64,000 nt of DNA, from assembly GCA_951406725.2 (NCBI GenBank), contig OX597818.1, forward strand, positions 76,074,001 to 76,138,000, read 5' to 3'. Below are positions 12,751 through 25,805 of this stretch, one piece after another. Below the pieces are notes generated by a model, which made no database searches, was not told where the DNA came from, and saw only the letters and a list, made by a program, of their open reading frames with translations. The stretch is from Octopus vulgaris (Eukaryota). The position numbers and the translations under genes were made by a program. How positions within the stretch are numbered: position 1 is the first letter of the stretch; every line of letters begins with the position of its first letter.

Positions 12751-13849
12751 ATACAGAGCTGAAATATTAAGATAGTATCAATAGATTCTAATAATGGTGT
12801 TTAAAACTTAGTAGGACATGTACCCACCACCACCATCATGAGCAGCAGTATCAGCAGCAACAACATCGTGGTCATCGTCGTAGTACCATCCACCACCGCA
12901 ATCATCACCAGCACCAAGACCACCGCCGCCAACATCAGCCCTCACCACGGCACCGTCGCACCGTCTTTACAATAAAATATGTGTAAATTTTCTTGAGGTT
13001 CGCGTTCGGTGTTGGTTTCTGTTGAATATATTTGTCTCTCTGGAGGACTTACGATTCACCATGCTGAAAATGAGCTGTCAGGAAAAGAAGGAGCAGTTTC
13101 ATTGATCGTGAAGCTTAAAGAAATATTATTGGCGAAAAAGACCGATTAATTCTGAAAAAAAGAAAAAAAAAAGAAGTCTGTTCGCAGTTAGTAAGTTTAT
13201 TTGTACAGACCAATTTTATCTCTATGCCGTACCTAGCAAGAGGCCGGTTGATAGAGTGGTGGAAGAGCTGTACACCATATATTGTGGTGTGCGTACAACT
13301 CTCTCTCACCATCTGAGTTCAAATCTCACCGAGGTCATCTTTAATTTTTATCTTTTCGGGAGTCAGTTAATAAGGAACTAATCAAGGTTGGTGAACTGAT
13401 AGAATTGCTAGGGTGTCTGACAAAGTGTCTCGTGGTACATTTTCTGGTAAGTACTGATGGTTTGAGCTAACACTATAAACCACTGGAGTACCACGTTTAA
13501 CCTGCAAATTGGCCAGTGTGAAGAGGTAGGCATTGGAACCAACAAAAATAAGCTGGCAACGGTGTGTTGAGGCTTTCATCCATTACTCGATTAACAGTTA
13601 GTGAATGGAAATGAGGACAAAGTAAATCACAGAATACCTGTTAAGAATGCACATGTCAGTGGAATACTATGCCGCTTATACGTTAATTCAAGGACAGGTA
13701 ATTCAGCTGATCGAACTACTGAATCTTCGTCGTCGAACGACGGAGATCCACAAAAAGACCTTACATACATGTGGATTTTTTTAGCGGAAGAACAAAATGT
13801 GGTTCTTTTTTCAAGATAGCTTGTAGATAACACAAATTTACCAGAATAA

Positions 13850-14335
13850 CCTGGGTTTTGAGAACGTAAAAACGCCAGAAGGAATTTAATCCAACGCCTT
13901 CGTAACTGCGCCGCTGGGCTGGTATTTAATTTTAACTACTTCAAAAAGGGAGACGGTAAAGTTGACGTCGGTGTGATTTGAACTAAAAACTACGGAACCA
14001 GAACAAGTAGCACTAAACATTTTCCCGACGCTCTTACGATTTTGACAAGCCACTGTCATTGGTTGGTATTTTATTTGACCAACTCCGGAAGGTAGAAAAG
14101 TAAAGTTGACATCGGCAGGATCTGAGTTCAGACCGTAAAGATCTGGAACAAATATCACAATGTATTTTGTCCAACGCCTTAATAATTCCGCCAATCCACT
14201 ACTCTGAGTTAGTGTTATATTTTATCGACCCAGAAAGGGTAAAAGACAGAGTTGACGTCGGCAGGATTTGAGCTCAGAACGTTATATCACACTGCATTTT
14301 GTCGGACGCTCTACTGTTTTTGCCAAACTACCGCA
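13850..14335 (-). mobile_element. Array of about four old, partial family A SINE-like units
   Basis: Recurrent aaagttgacgtcgg...atttga.ctcagaac...cattttgtcc.acgc motifs. Confidence 0.6.
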
Positions 14336-14756
14336 TCAACAGACGACATATAGTGGAGATTCAATGATCTCTATTGCTGGTATGTAATAGTTATTCCCAC
14401 TTAAACGTGGATGTTCTGCTAAAACAAATTGTACTGCGGTAGATTCCATGAAACTAATATTGGCTTTTGGTGCAAAATCTACTCTTGTTTATATCACCAG
14501 TGGGGAGATATTGCTGTTATGTTTTCGTTGTTGCTGTTGCTTTGTTTTATATGAGCTTTTCTTAGTGTCACCCACAGATCTTGAAGAAACAGCAAATTTG
14601 ATGATTTACTGTTGGTGTCATTTATGAATGGCAAAGATATATTGCAAGGAAAGGAGACCAAATACAGAGAATTAAGATTCAGGGAAAGGTTTGATGGAAT
14701 AATTGCGATTTTGAAAGATTTTAAAAAGATTCAAATTTTCCCAGGCTGACTGTTTT

Positions 14757-15700
14757 TTTCTTACGCTTGCAACCCTTCTGCTCATGTGGCAGGACTCTAT
14801 TTTTTCCCAGATGTCCGTACATTGACTCTGTGAGTATTCCAGTCAATAACTTCCACGAAAATGGCAAACAGGATATCGGCCTGTATTGTCTACTGTATTG
14901 CATTTTTAAGCACGGCACTATCCTACCCAATGTCAACCACTCTGGTGTTACTTGGTCGGCATTTAACAAAGTGTTGAGTTGCACAGCTATTCGTGCATGG
15001 AATTCACCAAATCTTTTGATCCAGTAGCTTTGAACTCCATCTGGTCCCGGGGCCTTCCAGTTGCTCATCTTTTTGCTGATTTACTTCACTTCCCTAACTG
15101 AAATGACTAGTTCTGCCTGTTTTGGACAGACTACTGTTTGTTTTAGTTCTTGAAACCATTCAGCATCCTTCTTGTGCTCCTTGTCTTTGCTCTAGATGTC
15201 ACTGCAAAACCTTTGACTTTCATTGTTATCTGGTATCAACTTTTCATCTGTTCACTCTCCATTTTTTTCTTTGCAGAATCTCTTCTGATCTACTCTGAAT
15301 AATCTATTCTGGTGGTAACCCTTCATTCTTTGGTCGTATCTTACCATCTTTGCTTTCTTTGCAAAGAGGTGCTGTTTCAGTTCCTCCATCACCACATTAG
15401 GCCCTTTCTTTCAATATTACACTTCCTTTTCAGCGCCCTGTATTTTTGTTCGCTTTTAAGCTCCCCTTTCTCTTTTCAGTCTAACATAGAGATTTCCTTC
15501 GAGAGCATGTCTAACCCTACCTGTATTCTTCTTTTCCACTATGGGTCTTTTCTTTTGTCACTCCCATTATGTTTCTTTTTCGTGACATCAACACCCTAGT
15601 TTTCTGCTACAACAATACTTGCTGCCTTGATCAAATTATTTGTTTCTGTGATGTTGTTTGTTCTGATGTATTTCAGAATTTCATTGACATTGTTCGTTTC
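14757..15700 (-). pseudogene. R4/Dong-like non-LTR retrotransposon ORF fragment (pre-RT region to early RT)
   Basis: VNEILKYIRTNNITETNNLIKAASIVVAE...MSNWKAPGPDGVQSYWIKRF...YRPISCLP..WKLLTGIL...EQKGC. Confidence 0.85.
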
Positions 15701-15701
15701 T

Positions 15702-16654
15702 TGGTTTTGCAGTGCACTTTTACGTGTCCAATTTTTCCACAACGGAAATATTTTGATTTCTTAAATGAACAGTTTTTCCTCAGGTGTAGACCTCCACATG
15801 TAAAACATGGGTTTGTTTCCTAATTCTTGTCCTGTTTGTATTGTATTTTAGTAAACATTTGATTTCTATTCTGCCCATTTTGCTTTCGTTTCACTTGAGA
15901 GCAATCTTTATGTTCGATTTTCTTTGTGTCGTGCCTTAAATTTACTATTCTTTCACACTCTTCTGCACTTGTTGTAAGGTTACGAGTTGGTTTTGTTCCA
16001 GTTTAGCGAGAATTCTTGTTCTTACTTCTGAGCCTTTCTCTACAGTTAATATCAAGCACTTGAACGTATCTGGCGTTAATTCGTCCAGCTTGAACTTCTC
16101 ACTCCCTGCATATGTAATGTAGTCCTCCTCGTTGTTCTCTTCTTGGTTCAAACATTTCCAGCGTGTATTGAACAACGAAATTTCTAGCTAATAATCACAC
16201 ACAATATGTTTATTGTATCTTTAAAGTTTATGTGAGAAGGCTTTTTCGGGAGTATGTAATTTCTGTAACACTCATGTTCTCCTACTGCCAGTTTTCTTAG
16301 GATTAAACACGTTTTCATATCGTCGTCCCAATCTTTGCATTCTTTATTGAAGATTTGTTCGTATCTTCTATAGTAAGCCTTGAAGGTAACTCCTTCGTCT
16401 GGTTTATACTTAAATTCTGTTATCGAGTTCGCAACATAATCTGGCAAGAACATTTTTTTCAACATTTCCTGACTACTTACTCTTCATTAATTGCAGTATT
16501 TGTTGCTGTAATAGTAAATGTTGTTGTTATTGTTGCTGCTTCTGCTGCTGTTCTTGCAGTTGTAACTACTGCTGCTGTTATCCTTTCAGTTGCTGTTGTT
16601 ACTGTTTTTGCAACTCGAGCAAACCGACCCACAATTTTTACGATTTTTTCCCAT
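15702..16654 (-). pseudogene. Gypsy/Ty3 LTR-retrotransposon gag (decayed)
   Basis: Q-rich N-terminus with stops, then ITEFKYKPDEGVTFKAYYRRYEQIF...LFNTRWKCLN...FKCLI, then two zinc knuckles CFTCGGLH..KNC and RCGKIGHVKVHC. Confidence 0.85.
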
Positions 16655-16703
16655 GAAATTCTCACAAAAAACTTTTGTCGGTTTGTTAATTCCTCGTCAT
16701 CAC

Positions 16704-16909
16704 TGTTGTAATCCTTAATGTCGGATTGTATTAACGCCCACTCTGGTATAGCAGTATAGTTAGTAAGACAAGGAAGACCACGACTATCTATGACCGTCTA
16801 CTTCGTACTCTCTACCGACACTGACCGATGTCAACTTATTTATAGCGACTAGCACATACCATACGCCATGTGGGTGGTGTGTACCTTTATTACTATTATC
16901 CCCATAACA
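16704..16909 (-). mobile_element. 5' LTR of the Gypsy element, followed by a PBS at about 16690-16703
   Basis: TGTT...AACA termini, internal TATAAATA, then GTGATGACGAGG, which resembles a decayed TGGCGACGAG PBS directly upstream of gag. Confidence 0.7.
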
Positions 16910-16911
16910 AC

Positions 16912-16944
<33 letters not shown>

Positions 16945-17632
16945 GTTTTTTCCTTCTTTCTTCAAATTTTCTTCCGTTTCTGGCCGAGTGTTTTCCATAC
17001 ACCCAGGGCAGAGAAGGGCATTGTATGCATTCCCAGATTACACGCGCAAATTCAGAGATAACATATGTATTTAAAAATTAATAAATAAATAAATTCATGG
17101 ATGGATGTTATTTTCACAGCGATAGTACTCTTCTCAGTACATGAGCCGTTCCAGTTAATACGATTTTTTGCACTTCCTGTAGGGATGGTAAGCCTGGAAT
17201 CATTTTCAAATAGGTTTCAGTACCTTTTTTTATCATTCCTAGAGATCCTACAATCACTGGTACTGTAGTCGCCTTGAGATGCCACATTTTTTCAATTTCC
17301 ATTAGCAGGTCTTTATATTTACTAATCTTGTCAAATTCTTTCGCCGCTATATTGTGATCACAAGGAATACTCATGTCAATTAATAAACACATCCTTTTTG
17401 TCTGATCTTTTATAATGGTATCCGGTTTATTGGCTTTTATAGTCCTGTCGGTCTGCACGGGTAAGTCCCATAGAATCGGCACATTTTCTCCCTCAGTCAC
17501 AGCTTCAGGATGATGTTTATACCATCTGTCAGCGGTTTTGATTTTATAATGCCGACATATTGTCCAGTGTAAATACTGGTCGACTCTGTCATGTCTTGCT
17601 TTATATTCTGCAGGTGCTAAGACTCTACACCC

Positions 17633-17633
<1 letters not shown>
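16912..17633 (-). mobile_element. 5'-truncated R4/Dong-like element with an intact RLE domain (17114-17633), 3' UTR and (AAT)n tail
   Basis: YKARHDRV..YLHW..C...ILWD..VQTDRTIKANKPD.II......CLLIDMSIP...KISKYKDL...VPVIVGSLG...QKIVLTGTAHVLRRVL; (AAT)n on both flanks. Confidence 0.9.
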
Positions 17634-17698
<65 letters not shown>

Positions 17699-17699
17699 A

Positions 17700-18030
17700 G
17701 CAGCGTGTTTGCAGCATCGGACCTGAGATAAGATCAAATTCCGCCAAAATCGACTATGCCTTTCAACTTATCGGGTCGATAAAATAAAGTATTAGTCAAT
17801 TATAGGAGTCAACGTAATCAACTAATACCCTTCTCCTAAAAATTGCTGGCCTTGTACCGAAATATGAAACTCTTAAGGTGACGAGATGGCAAAATTATTA
17901 GCGCGTTCGGGCAAAATGCTTCGCAGTATTTCTTCCGGCTCTTTACATTCCGAACTGAAATTCCGACGAAGTTGAATTTGCTGTAATCGACTAATCCTCT
18001 TCCTTTGTGCTTATGGTAGGAAGAATTACA
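17700..18030 (+). mobile_element. Two decayed family A SINE copies
   Basis: gatcaaattccgcc...gcctttca...gggtcgataaaataa, then a second head at about 17875. Confidence 0.7.
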
Positions 18031-18398
18031 ATTGTTGCTGTTTTTGCTAAAAGATTATTGACATAAATTGCTTTGCAAAGTTGTTAAACAATAACACTCC
18101 GCTCATTGCAGAAATAATGTGGCATTTTATGTTAACCTTCCTCGCTACATTCTATTGGTGGATTATGTTGTGGTGTTGGTGTTGGTGGTGATGGTGGTAG
18201 TAGTGGTGGTGTGGTGGTGATGATTGATCGTAATAGTGATGGTGCAGGTAACAGTGACAGGTACTTGTGGTGGTATAGGTGGTAGTGTTTGTGTTTAGTC
18301 ATAGCTGATTTGCAGTGTTGGAAGAGTCGAACGGAGATGGACAATTGCTTAAGTGTATTCAGGATGTAGAAAGCAAAAATAGCCATACCTGTATAAAT

Positions 18399-18450
<52 letters not shown>

Positions 18451-18522
18451 CGCACACACACACATACACACACACACAAACATTCATCCATACATATGCA
18501 TATATACATACGTAAATATGTA

Positions 18523-18561
<39 letters not shown>

Positions 18562-19356
18562 GTGTGTGTGTGTATGCATACACATAATTAACACAACACA
18601 ATTTGATATAATAAAGTTAATAAAATTTATCACGTGTAATACAATATAATACAATAGAATATATGATAAAATGTATGCACAGATATTTGTTAGGGGGAGA
18701 AAGATACATACATACTGAGGGTGAGAGGGAGGATAAGAGAGAGGGAGGGAGAGAGAGAAAGTGAGAGAGTTATAGAAACGTTATCAGAAATCATGCAAAT
18801 AAAAAGTACAGAACGAAGGCAGATAAATGTTTACTGCATACTGAAAGGAGGAGGAGGAAAAGGAAGAGAAAGAGAGGGAGGAGGAGGTGGTGGAGGGAGG
18901 AGAGATAAGCGTGCACTTAAGTGCAATGAAATGAAGGAAAACGGTAGGGAGACGATAGATCAGTGGTTAGACATACAAAAGCAGCAGGGAGGAAGAGGAG
19001 AAGGTTGTGGTGGTGGTGGTGGTGAAGCAGACGTGAAGAAAGAAGATAGATACAGCAGTATTTGTACATGAAAACTGTGGGAAAAAAAGAGCATCATTGT
19101 ATTGCTACGTCGGCACTTCAAATAAAAGACTGCGACAATTGGGTCGGTTCGTAAATCCATTTCTCCATGTCAGGAACAATCCAAATATTTATCTGTAAAT
19201 GCCAGTTTGTGGCTCAAGTAGAGAAAAATTCATTTCCGAACGAATGACGTTGAAAGACAAGTAAAAGGTGAAATCTCTTAGAAATCCATTGAAGTTACAA
19301 TAAAGAGAAGGTCACAAAAATATCTTCGATATCAATGAATACATAGAAAATACACG

Positions 19357-19385
19357 CAAGATGGCGGCTGCTGAATACCGGAAGT
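19357..19385 (+). promoter_or_regulatory. Candidate promoter motif pair: YY1 (CAAGATGGCGGC) and ETS/GABP (ACCGGAAGT)
   Basis: Two consensus-quality motifs 8 nt apart in apparently non-repetitive DNA; no transcript evidence. Confidence 0.35.
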
Positions 19386-19899
19386 TGAAATCTCACAATC
19401 TAATGACAGTAATATGGTGAAAAGAGTTAGGTGTTTGTCAGTAAATCTATGGAAATACAAGTGACAACTTTAAACTATTTTATTTTACTGTTGTGGCGCT
19501 GGTTCACTTCTCAGTTCGTGTTCTGCGAATAAAGAAACGTATATAAAACGAATAATCATAAAATCGACATATAAAATCCAATCTTGAAGAATACTGTCGT
19601 TATGCAAGGAAACGATTTTTGCTATAGAAAAGGTTGTAGAATAATTGACATTTACATGACACCTATTCTAGTCAGTGATTATGCAATTTTTCTGTAAGAA
19701 AAATTATTTCGTTGCATAACTAGTGAACCTTTCAACACAAGAAAGAGAAAATAACTGTAATTGAACACTGTGTTATGTATTTTGTAACTCCTGAGCGAAT
19801 AATGGCACAGTGTATCAGGTTACAGTAAATAAGTAATTAAAGCGATATAGAGTATTATGTCGACCAAACAAAGAATACTTTGAAACACTATCACAAGTA

Positions 19900-21140
19900 T
19901 ACCATCATATGAACTATACCAACTATACCAATATATGAACGCTTTGAAATACTGTCACAAAGGAAATATGATATCGTTTCCGAAGTATAAAAAATTGACT
20001 CTATCGAAATTGTATGGTCTATCTTAGACAAAGCTAGCATATTCAAGAATGGCTCAAAATAGTGTAATTTATGTTTGGCTGCGAAATATCATATCATAAA
20101 TAATACCGCACCAATAAATAATCATTGGAGGAAATCACTGGACTCAGATTTTATTTTTGAGCATTTCAGTTGCTGGCCATCATTCCGTTTTTTAAAAAGG
20201 GAAATAAATCACACATATGAATTACCGTCCGATCTTACTAACCTCTCATATCAAAGTATTAGAGGGGATGGTGAGATAAAAATATCTGCTTTCTGAGAGG
20301 AAAATAGTCTTCATGATCCCAATCAACATGGTTTTCCTGATGGCAGAGGCAACCTGACACGACTTTTGAACCATTTTAATGACATCCTAAATGCTCTGAA
20401 GGTGTTACATCCTCAATGCTCTAGAAGGGTTACAACACATACCATTTTACAATGACTTTAATAAAGCCTTTATTAGAGTCGATCACAGAAAGCTGTTGAA
20501 GAAATTATGCAATATTTTAGTCCGTGCTACGCTACTATAGTAGATTAATGTTTTGTGATAAACAGAATCCAACGTGTTATGAAGAATGGAATTTACTCAA
20601 CACAGCAAAAATCTTTAGTGGTGTCTCCCAGGTACTGCGTTAAGCTCACTTCTGTATATTATTTATATAAATAACATTGGAAATGCCATCAAACATAGGA
20701 GAATAGAAATCTTTGCAGATGATTATGTAGAAAGTCATCAAATGAGCATGCGCCCAAATAGACCTTCTATTCTATGAAATCGCCATAATTCCACGGGCGA
20801 AAAAGGAAAACAGCAACATGCCGATAGACAAGGAAAAAATTTCGAGCTGGTCCACTTTAGAAAAGAGAATATTCTGAAATAGGCATATTCTCTTCCAACT
20901 GGAGAGCATCTCACAATGTCAAATACAATCAGAATCTTAGACGTAACTGTGGACAACATACTAATCTGAAGAGCAGACATCAATAATAAAGTCGATGTGG
21001 TTGGCAAAATGTGCTTTCCAATCCAGAAATCCTGATACTATCATTCTTCTTTATGTTCACCAGGTTCTCCTCTAGAATATTGTCTACTATGGTCTCCCTA
21101 CACAAAACAAAACATTATTTGAATTGAAGCGTCCAAAAAT
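19900..21140 (+). pseudogene. Decayed CR1/L2-group LINE reverse transcriptase
   Basis: EENSLHDPNQHGF..GRGNLTRLLNHFNDIL...DFNKAFIRVDH.KLLKKL...SGVSQ.T.L..LLYIIYINNI...IEIFADD, with many frameshifts. Left boundary approximate. Confidence 0.8.
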
Positions 21141-21339
21141 TCAATCACACATACACGCACAGTCACACGGGCGCAAGTACGCACGCCCCGCCCCAAGAAA
21201 AAAGAGGCATGACGGGTTTTTATTACTGAGATCGCCTCAAGAAATTCATGCTTCATACTCTTCAACGTTAACGTGAGCGTTATATTTGTAAAACGTACAA
21301 AATATTCCATCAATACTGTTCAAACGATGTCAGCATCAA

Positions 21340-22175
21340 CTTATAAGTTATCCGAGGCTTGTCCTCGGATGAAAAGAAGAGAAGAACAGATGAGTATGGG
21401 GTGTAGGGAAAATTGAGGTGAGAGAGGAGCTGAAGGATAAGGATAGGATTATTAAACCGAGAAGTACAGGAGTGGAACATGTTAATTTAAAGCTGTCGTT
21501 GACATGGTTTCGAGTTTAAATATGAAACGCTGATTCTTGGAATGGCCCTCTGTTTGAAGTGGGTGGCGACGGATGGCGACAGGTTCTTCTGGTATGCGTA
21601 TGTGTGCTTCAAATGCACTCCCAAAAGCCAACGGTACGTTTTCCTAATATAAAGTGCACAGCAGTTTGCAAATGATACACTATATGAAGCTGTAAAATGT
21701 GCAGTTGAAGTTTAGGGTCATGTAGTTTTATAATATAGACTAGTGATGGTTGTAGTATTATTAATGCCCAGGATGATGCTGCATCGTCGGCGAATGTTTT
21801 TCAAAGCGTTTGGTGGTGCGTAGTTAGGTACTATAGAGTTTCTAACTATGGGGTTGTTGAGGTTCCTAGCGCTTTTGAAGGTGAAGGTAAGGTGATGCAG
21901 GAAAGATTGGGGTGGTTGTTAGGTCAGAAAATTGGACTCAGAAGTTGCAGATGAGTTTGATTTTCAATGGGAGGATGGACAGGTGAAAAATCAAGAAAAA
22001 GACATGGCAAAGTTTGTGTGTTTGGGAGGTGGAGAGAGAGGAAGAACAATGGTGGGAGATTTGTTGAATCAATTTGCTCGAGAGGCGGACAAGTGGATAT
22101 TGTTGATTGTGGTGGAGGTATCGAGAAAAGGTGTGATTGGTAGTGAAAAAGATGACAAATACCCCTTTCTTTCTG
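21340..22175 (-). pseudogene. Decayed Penelope-like element, GIY-YIG endonuclease region
   Basis: Minus strand reads FKSARNL...NCCALYIRKTYR.L...FEAHIR...PVA...QRFIFKLETMSTTALN, matching the C..C..LYIG.T.R.L..RF.EH / IF.L.T..P.GLN pattern. Confidence 0.65.
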
Positions 22176-22875
22176 GCCACATCACCGGTGAACGGTAAAA
22201 TAAACTCTAAAACTCTAATGAAGAAGAATAAAGCATGAGTGAAATATTAGTGGAACAATCCCATCGAAAACTTCAACTAACCGCATTTTTATTCACCTCA
22301 GCAGCTAATGACAGTATCAAACAGAAAAAAATATATTATTTATCGTTTCCTGTAAACTGGAGGCGACTTGAGATCAGCGGGTTCGACACGTTCCGACAGT
22401 ATCGCTCCTTATTGCAGTGCCAAGCTGCATTGATGCTACCTAGGAATGACCAAGCTCTTTTAAAGAGCATTGTAGCACATTTCCCTCCTCCTGTTACACA
22501 CACACACTAAGCTTTGAAGAAATTTATTCCACTCCATCTAACAGCATTGAGTACTTTTTGGTTAGCAGTTCTCACTAATGTGAAACCACCGTGCACACAC
22601 TCTCTCTCCACACACATACACACATATATAAACATATTTGTATGTATGCATATATATATGTGCATATGTATGTATTAATATATATGCATATGTATGTATG
22701 AATATGCATATGTATGTATGAATATATATGAATATGTATGTATGAATATAAAACAAATATTTCTTATTTATCTGTAGCTGTCCATAAGCCCGGAAGTGAT
22801 GATATAACAGAAGATTTCGCTAGAATAAAGTCGCACAAATCTAGTTTTTGCACCCATACCAACACGCACACACAC

Positions 22876-22915
<40 letters not shown>

Positions 22916-22938
22916 GAACAAACACACACACACGTACA

Positions 22939-22995
<57 letters not shown>

Positions 22996-23426
22996 AGTAA
23001 CAAGACAAAAATTGGCCATTTTGGTAAGGAAAATGAAAATGTGAAATCAAGATATTTATAGTGTTTAATTATATTAGTAAAGAATATACAAGAATTATAT
23101 TAGTAAAGAATATATAAACGTAAGAATAAACAACAAACATATAATAATAGGAATTTACAAAGAGCCCGCAGAAAATATTTTATGATGGCCAAAATGAAAT
23201 CACGTAAAATGAAGTTAGATAAGTTTTCTGGTTTATTAAGTATGAACTAATAAAATAGACGCCATTTTCAGTCAAAGTTTTCATTTTTAAAACTATAAGA
23301 AATTTTTATTTTTTGTGCCCCTGAGGAATTTCAGTAATTTTAGTTTAAAATATCGCAGAGAAGTTCATTTCGATGTCAATGTGTTTCGTACGATTTCAGT
23401 CTACGTGAACTAACAACCTTCCACTA

Positions 23427-23526
<100 letters not shown>

Positions 23527-23739
23527 ATTAATGTAATTTTCATGTATTTATGCTGATAACTTATTCACACACATTCACACATACGAATACACACGAACAC
23601 AAGCACTCACACATATGTATCTAATTCAAGCATCTCTATGCAGGTTGAGAAGTCCGTTTTTAAACCATAGGATCTTCGGTTCGATCCTAAAGAATGCCAC
23701 TTTAGACAAGTGATATCTATCATAGAATCAGAATCACTG

Positions 23740-24043
23740 CTGTAGTAGAAGATACTTGCCCAAGGTGCCTCGCAGTGGGACTGAATCCGGAACCATGTGG
23801 TTGAGAAGCAATCTTCTTACTACACACCCATGCATGCATGTATGTCTTATCTTTTGCTTGTTTCATTGGACTGGGGCACCACCTTGAAGAATTTTTTGTC
23901 GAATGAATCGATCTCAGTACTTATTTTTTTGTGAAGCCCGGTACTTCTTTTATCGGTTCCTTTTGTCAAACCGCTAAGTTAGTGGGGACGTAAACACATA
24001 AAGACCAGTTGTCAAGCGGTTGTTGAGGAAAACACAGACACCG

Positions 24044-24103
<60 letters not shown>

Positions 24104-24150
24104 CGACACATACACACACACACACGACAGGCTCCTTTCAGTTTCCGTAC
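23740..24150 (-). mobile_element. Family B SINE fragments (a head piece, and a tail piece with internal (CA)n)
   Basis: gaagatacttgcccaaggtgcc...ggaaccatgtgg and ttgtttca...ccgctaagtta.tggggacgtaaac. Confidence 0.8.
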
Positions 24151-24599
24151 GCATGTATGTATGTATGCATATATGTATGCATGTATGTATATATGCTTGC
24201 ATGCATGTATGTATGTGTGTATGTATGTACGTATGTGTGTATGTACGTACGTACGTGTGTATGTACGTATGCAAGCATGTATGTAGTGAAACTGAAAACA
24301 GATGTTCAATTCCGGAAGAAAAAGCTACTAGTAGAAATAAATGGATGAACGTTTCTGGTAAGGGAAAGTATTGCTAGCTTCGAGCTCGCCAACTGGCAGC
24401 ATGCACCGCTAAAACGTACCTTGAAAAAAAGAGGTGTCATTGATGCACCAGCTGAGATTAAGAGTTTGAAATGTAGCCTTTGTGACTGACATCTGTCAAA
24501 GACTGGCAACAAAAGCCATATGAGATTACACAATAATCTCAAAAAATGATTTGCCAGTTTTTTATAGTAGCACCATTTGCATCATATCTTTTATCGTTT

Positions 24600-24988
24600 A
24601 CCATTTACATGTTTCAGTCATTAGGCTGCGGCCATGCTTGGGCGCCGCCTTGAAGTTTTAGTGGAATGAATTGACCCAAGTAATTATATTTTTTAAAAGC
24701 CTGGTACTTATGCTATCGGTCTCTTTTGCCGAACCGCTAGATAACGGAGATGTAAAGACACCAACACCGGTTGTCAGGCGGTGGGGGGGGGGGACAAATA
24801 CAGATAGAAGACACACACACACACACGCAGATGACGAGCTTCTTTCAGTTTACGTCTACCAAATCCACTCACAAGGCTTTGGTCAGCCCGAGGCTATAGA
24901 AGAAGACACTTACCCAAGGTTCCACGCAGTTGAACTGAACCCGCAACCATGTGTTGGGAAGCAAGCTAATTACTACACGGACATGCCT
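24600..24988 (-). mobile_element. tRNA-derived SINE, family B (CORE-like motif, internal microsatellite)
   Basis: Near full-length reverse complement of 46174-46576. Confidence 0.85.
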
Positions 24989-25060
24989 TTGTGTAAAACT
25001 CTGTTGGAGTAACCCTGGATTAAAAAGGTACTTAAATGTGCATTAGATTGTCATACCACA

Positions 25061-25291
25061 AGGCGGCGAGCTGGCAGAAACGTTAGCACGCTGGGCGAAG
25101 TGCTTAAGCGGAATTTCGTCTGTCTTTACGTTCTGAGTTCAAATTCCGCCGAGGTCGACTTTGCATTTCATCCTTTCGGGGTCGATAAATTAAGTACCAG
25201 TTGCGCACTGGGCCGATGTAATCGACTTAATCCCTTTGTCTGTCCTTGTTTGTCCCCTCTATGTTTAGCCCCCTGTGAGCTAAAGAAATAA
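25061..25291 (+). mobile_element. Family A SINE, young copy
   Basis: Near-consensus sequence; 16-bp TSD agattgtcataccaca / agattgccataccaca. Confidence 0.92.
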
Positions 25292-25469
25292 GATTGCCAT
25301 ACCACATGTAAACTATAACATACCCTGTAGAAGTTTTGAATTTTATCTGTCAAATTATGTTTGAAACCTTGCAGGTGGACAGGTGGTATTAAGAATCACT
25401 TCAGAGCACACAGACCTAACCCATGTATATATATAAGTATTTTAATTTTTTATCATTTATATTTTATCT

Positions 25470-25698
25470 ATTACTTGTTTCAGTCATTAGACTGCGACCA
25501 TGCTGGGGCACCGCTTTGAAAAATTTTCACTTTAGTCGATTGAATCGATCCCAGTACTAATTTTTTTTAAAGCCTGGTACTTATTCTATCGATTTGTTTT
25601 TGCCGAACCGATAATTTACAGGGACGTAAACAAACCAACACAAGTCGTCAAGCGGTGGTGGGAGACAAAGACACACATACGCATAGATACACACACGC

Positions 25699-25789
<91 letters not shown>

Positions 25790-25805
25790 GATAGATAGAT
25801 AGATC
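25470..25805 (-). mobile_element. Family B SINE 3' half ending in a long (GATA)n
   Basis: cttgtttcagtcattagactgcg.ccatgctgg...gggacgtaaac followed by (AGAT)n. Confidence 0.8.

Noticed and set aside
13382-13850. Short ORFs and a minus-strand GTAAG donor suggesting a coding exon
   Set aside because: Peptides are unrecognisable, the acceptor is weak, and the region is flanked by SINE debris.
22235-22510. 91-aa ATG-initiated ORF in unique DNA
   Set aside because: No recognisable domain; it ends in a CA repeat and its length is within chance expectation.
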